A DNA stretch of 64,000 nucleotides from Antedon mediterranea (Eukaryota > Animalia > Echinodermata): positions 16,737,648 through 16,801,647 of the forward strand of contig NC_092673.1 of NCBI RefSeq assembly GCF_964355755.1, written 5' to 3'. A model generated the notes under the pieces. That model was not told where the DNA came from and ran no database searches. It worked only from the letters and a program-made list of their open reading frames with translations. The position numbers and the translations under genes were made by a program. Positions 62,870-64,000 of this stretch are shown here, one piece after another (position 1 is the first letter of the stretch; every line of letters starts with the position of its first letter).

Positions 62870-63705
62870 CGCTAGGCTAGTTTCCTTTTGCACCTGCCTT
62901 GTATTTTAACCAACTTTATCCTGAATACCACAGCTTAGAATTAGTAGGCCTACTTTAATGAAGAAAAATCACATAAAAGTAACAATAAATCCATTAAATT
63001 GGTGATTTTACAGACGTTGTTTTTCTCGCATTTCGCACACTCAATGTTCAATATTTTGGTTTCTATGGAACGCCAAAAGAGCAAAATTAATTAGAGGGCT
63101 AAAAACTCTGTGGAATCCATTTATATTTAACGCATTATTTGGTGAAAATCAAGTACAATTTCAATAGATTTTGTCACTGTCAGTAAGGAAAAATGTTACT
63201 GTTCACCGGTGTACTGTTGATAATGTACACGGTTTCGGTAACCTTTTAAAGAATAAAATAGAAAAATTCATCATAATATCCTTAGTAGGATGTCCTAGGT
63301 CTAGACTAGGTAGTGATGTTGATTTAGGATCGATTATTATTCTTTGAAAACAGAACAGTATCAGCAGTAACATATTACAGCATTTTTATTGACAAATTAA
63401 CAAATATATATTTCACCAATAAATGCATGTGAAATTGACGCCTTCCACTGAGTTTTAGTCCTCTATTATCGTTGCTCTTTTGACGCTCCATAGAAACAAA
63501 AATATTGAACATTGAATAAGTGAAATTCGCGAACAGTGTGCGAGAAACACGCCTGTAAAATCATTAATTTAAGGATTTATTTGTTACTTTTTATGTGATT
63601 CTTTCATTAAAGTACTCATGAGGTATACTTCTAAGGTGTGGTATTCACACGATAAAGTTAGTTATCAAATTTGGAGTAAAAATACAAGCGAAGGAAACTA
63701 GCGCC
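62870..63705. mobile_element. Old foldback/MITE with ~230-bp degenerate inverted arms
   Basis: ctagtttcctt...tcaatgttcaatattttggtttctatgga versus tccatagaaacaaaaatattgaacattga...aaggaaactag. Confidence 0.6.
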
Positions 63706-64000
63706 AGGTTTATTAGTACGTACATGGACAACAATAAATAAAAATCGTTCGTAATATACCTAGCTTACTAAAACAGGAATAGTGTATCATTATTAAATAT
63801 TACACCAATTATTATTATATCAAAATTGATTAAATTATTTTCTACATAGGCCTCTTATCTAGGTTAGGGCTAAGCATATTAGCTAAAGTTTAATTTTAGG
63901 CCTAGTATTACAATTGTCGGACGTAAGTCTTTTTTCACACGCGCTCCAGAATTCTGTCGCAATTTTTTTCTTTGCGGCATGTTATTGGATCGCCATATCA

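Overview
AT-rich, intron-containing, repeat-dense eukaryotic DNA, consistent with an invertebrate metazoan (organism not determinable from the window). The central feature is one + strand gene (ATG 17827 to TAA 43872) that I spliced by hand through 33 GT-AG coding exons into an uninterrupted ~1445-aa protein: ankyrin N-cap, 13 ankyrin repeats, C-cap, ROC GTPase, COR, two death-effector-domain-like folds. It is a ROCO protein with no kinase and no LRR. The 13 ankyrin repeats are each encoded by one phase-0 exon (105-114 bp) inside a ~330-bp tandem unit (18835-23095). The introns and the scaffold half of each exon are almost identical. Variation is concentrated, almost entirely as amino-acid changes and in-frame indels, at the predicted ligand-binding positions, and variants are shuffled mosaically between units. 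This looks like a natural DARPin-like variable receptor coupled to a GTPase switch and a cell-death output, and it is the best candidate for an undescribed system. Downstream is a ZAK/MLK-like pseudokinase gene (from 57999) preceded by a paralogous copy of the same promoter/5'-exon block that precedes the ROCO gene. A third copy of that block lies at ~4.4 kb. The rest is minisatellites and transposon relics (two Academ-like elements, one a 4.2-kb palindrome; Harbinger-, Kolobok-, P-, Tc1/pogo- and hAT-like MITEs; a Helitron; LINE and Gypsy fragments). All calls are from reading the sequence; no database searches were run.
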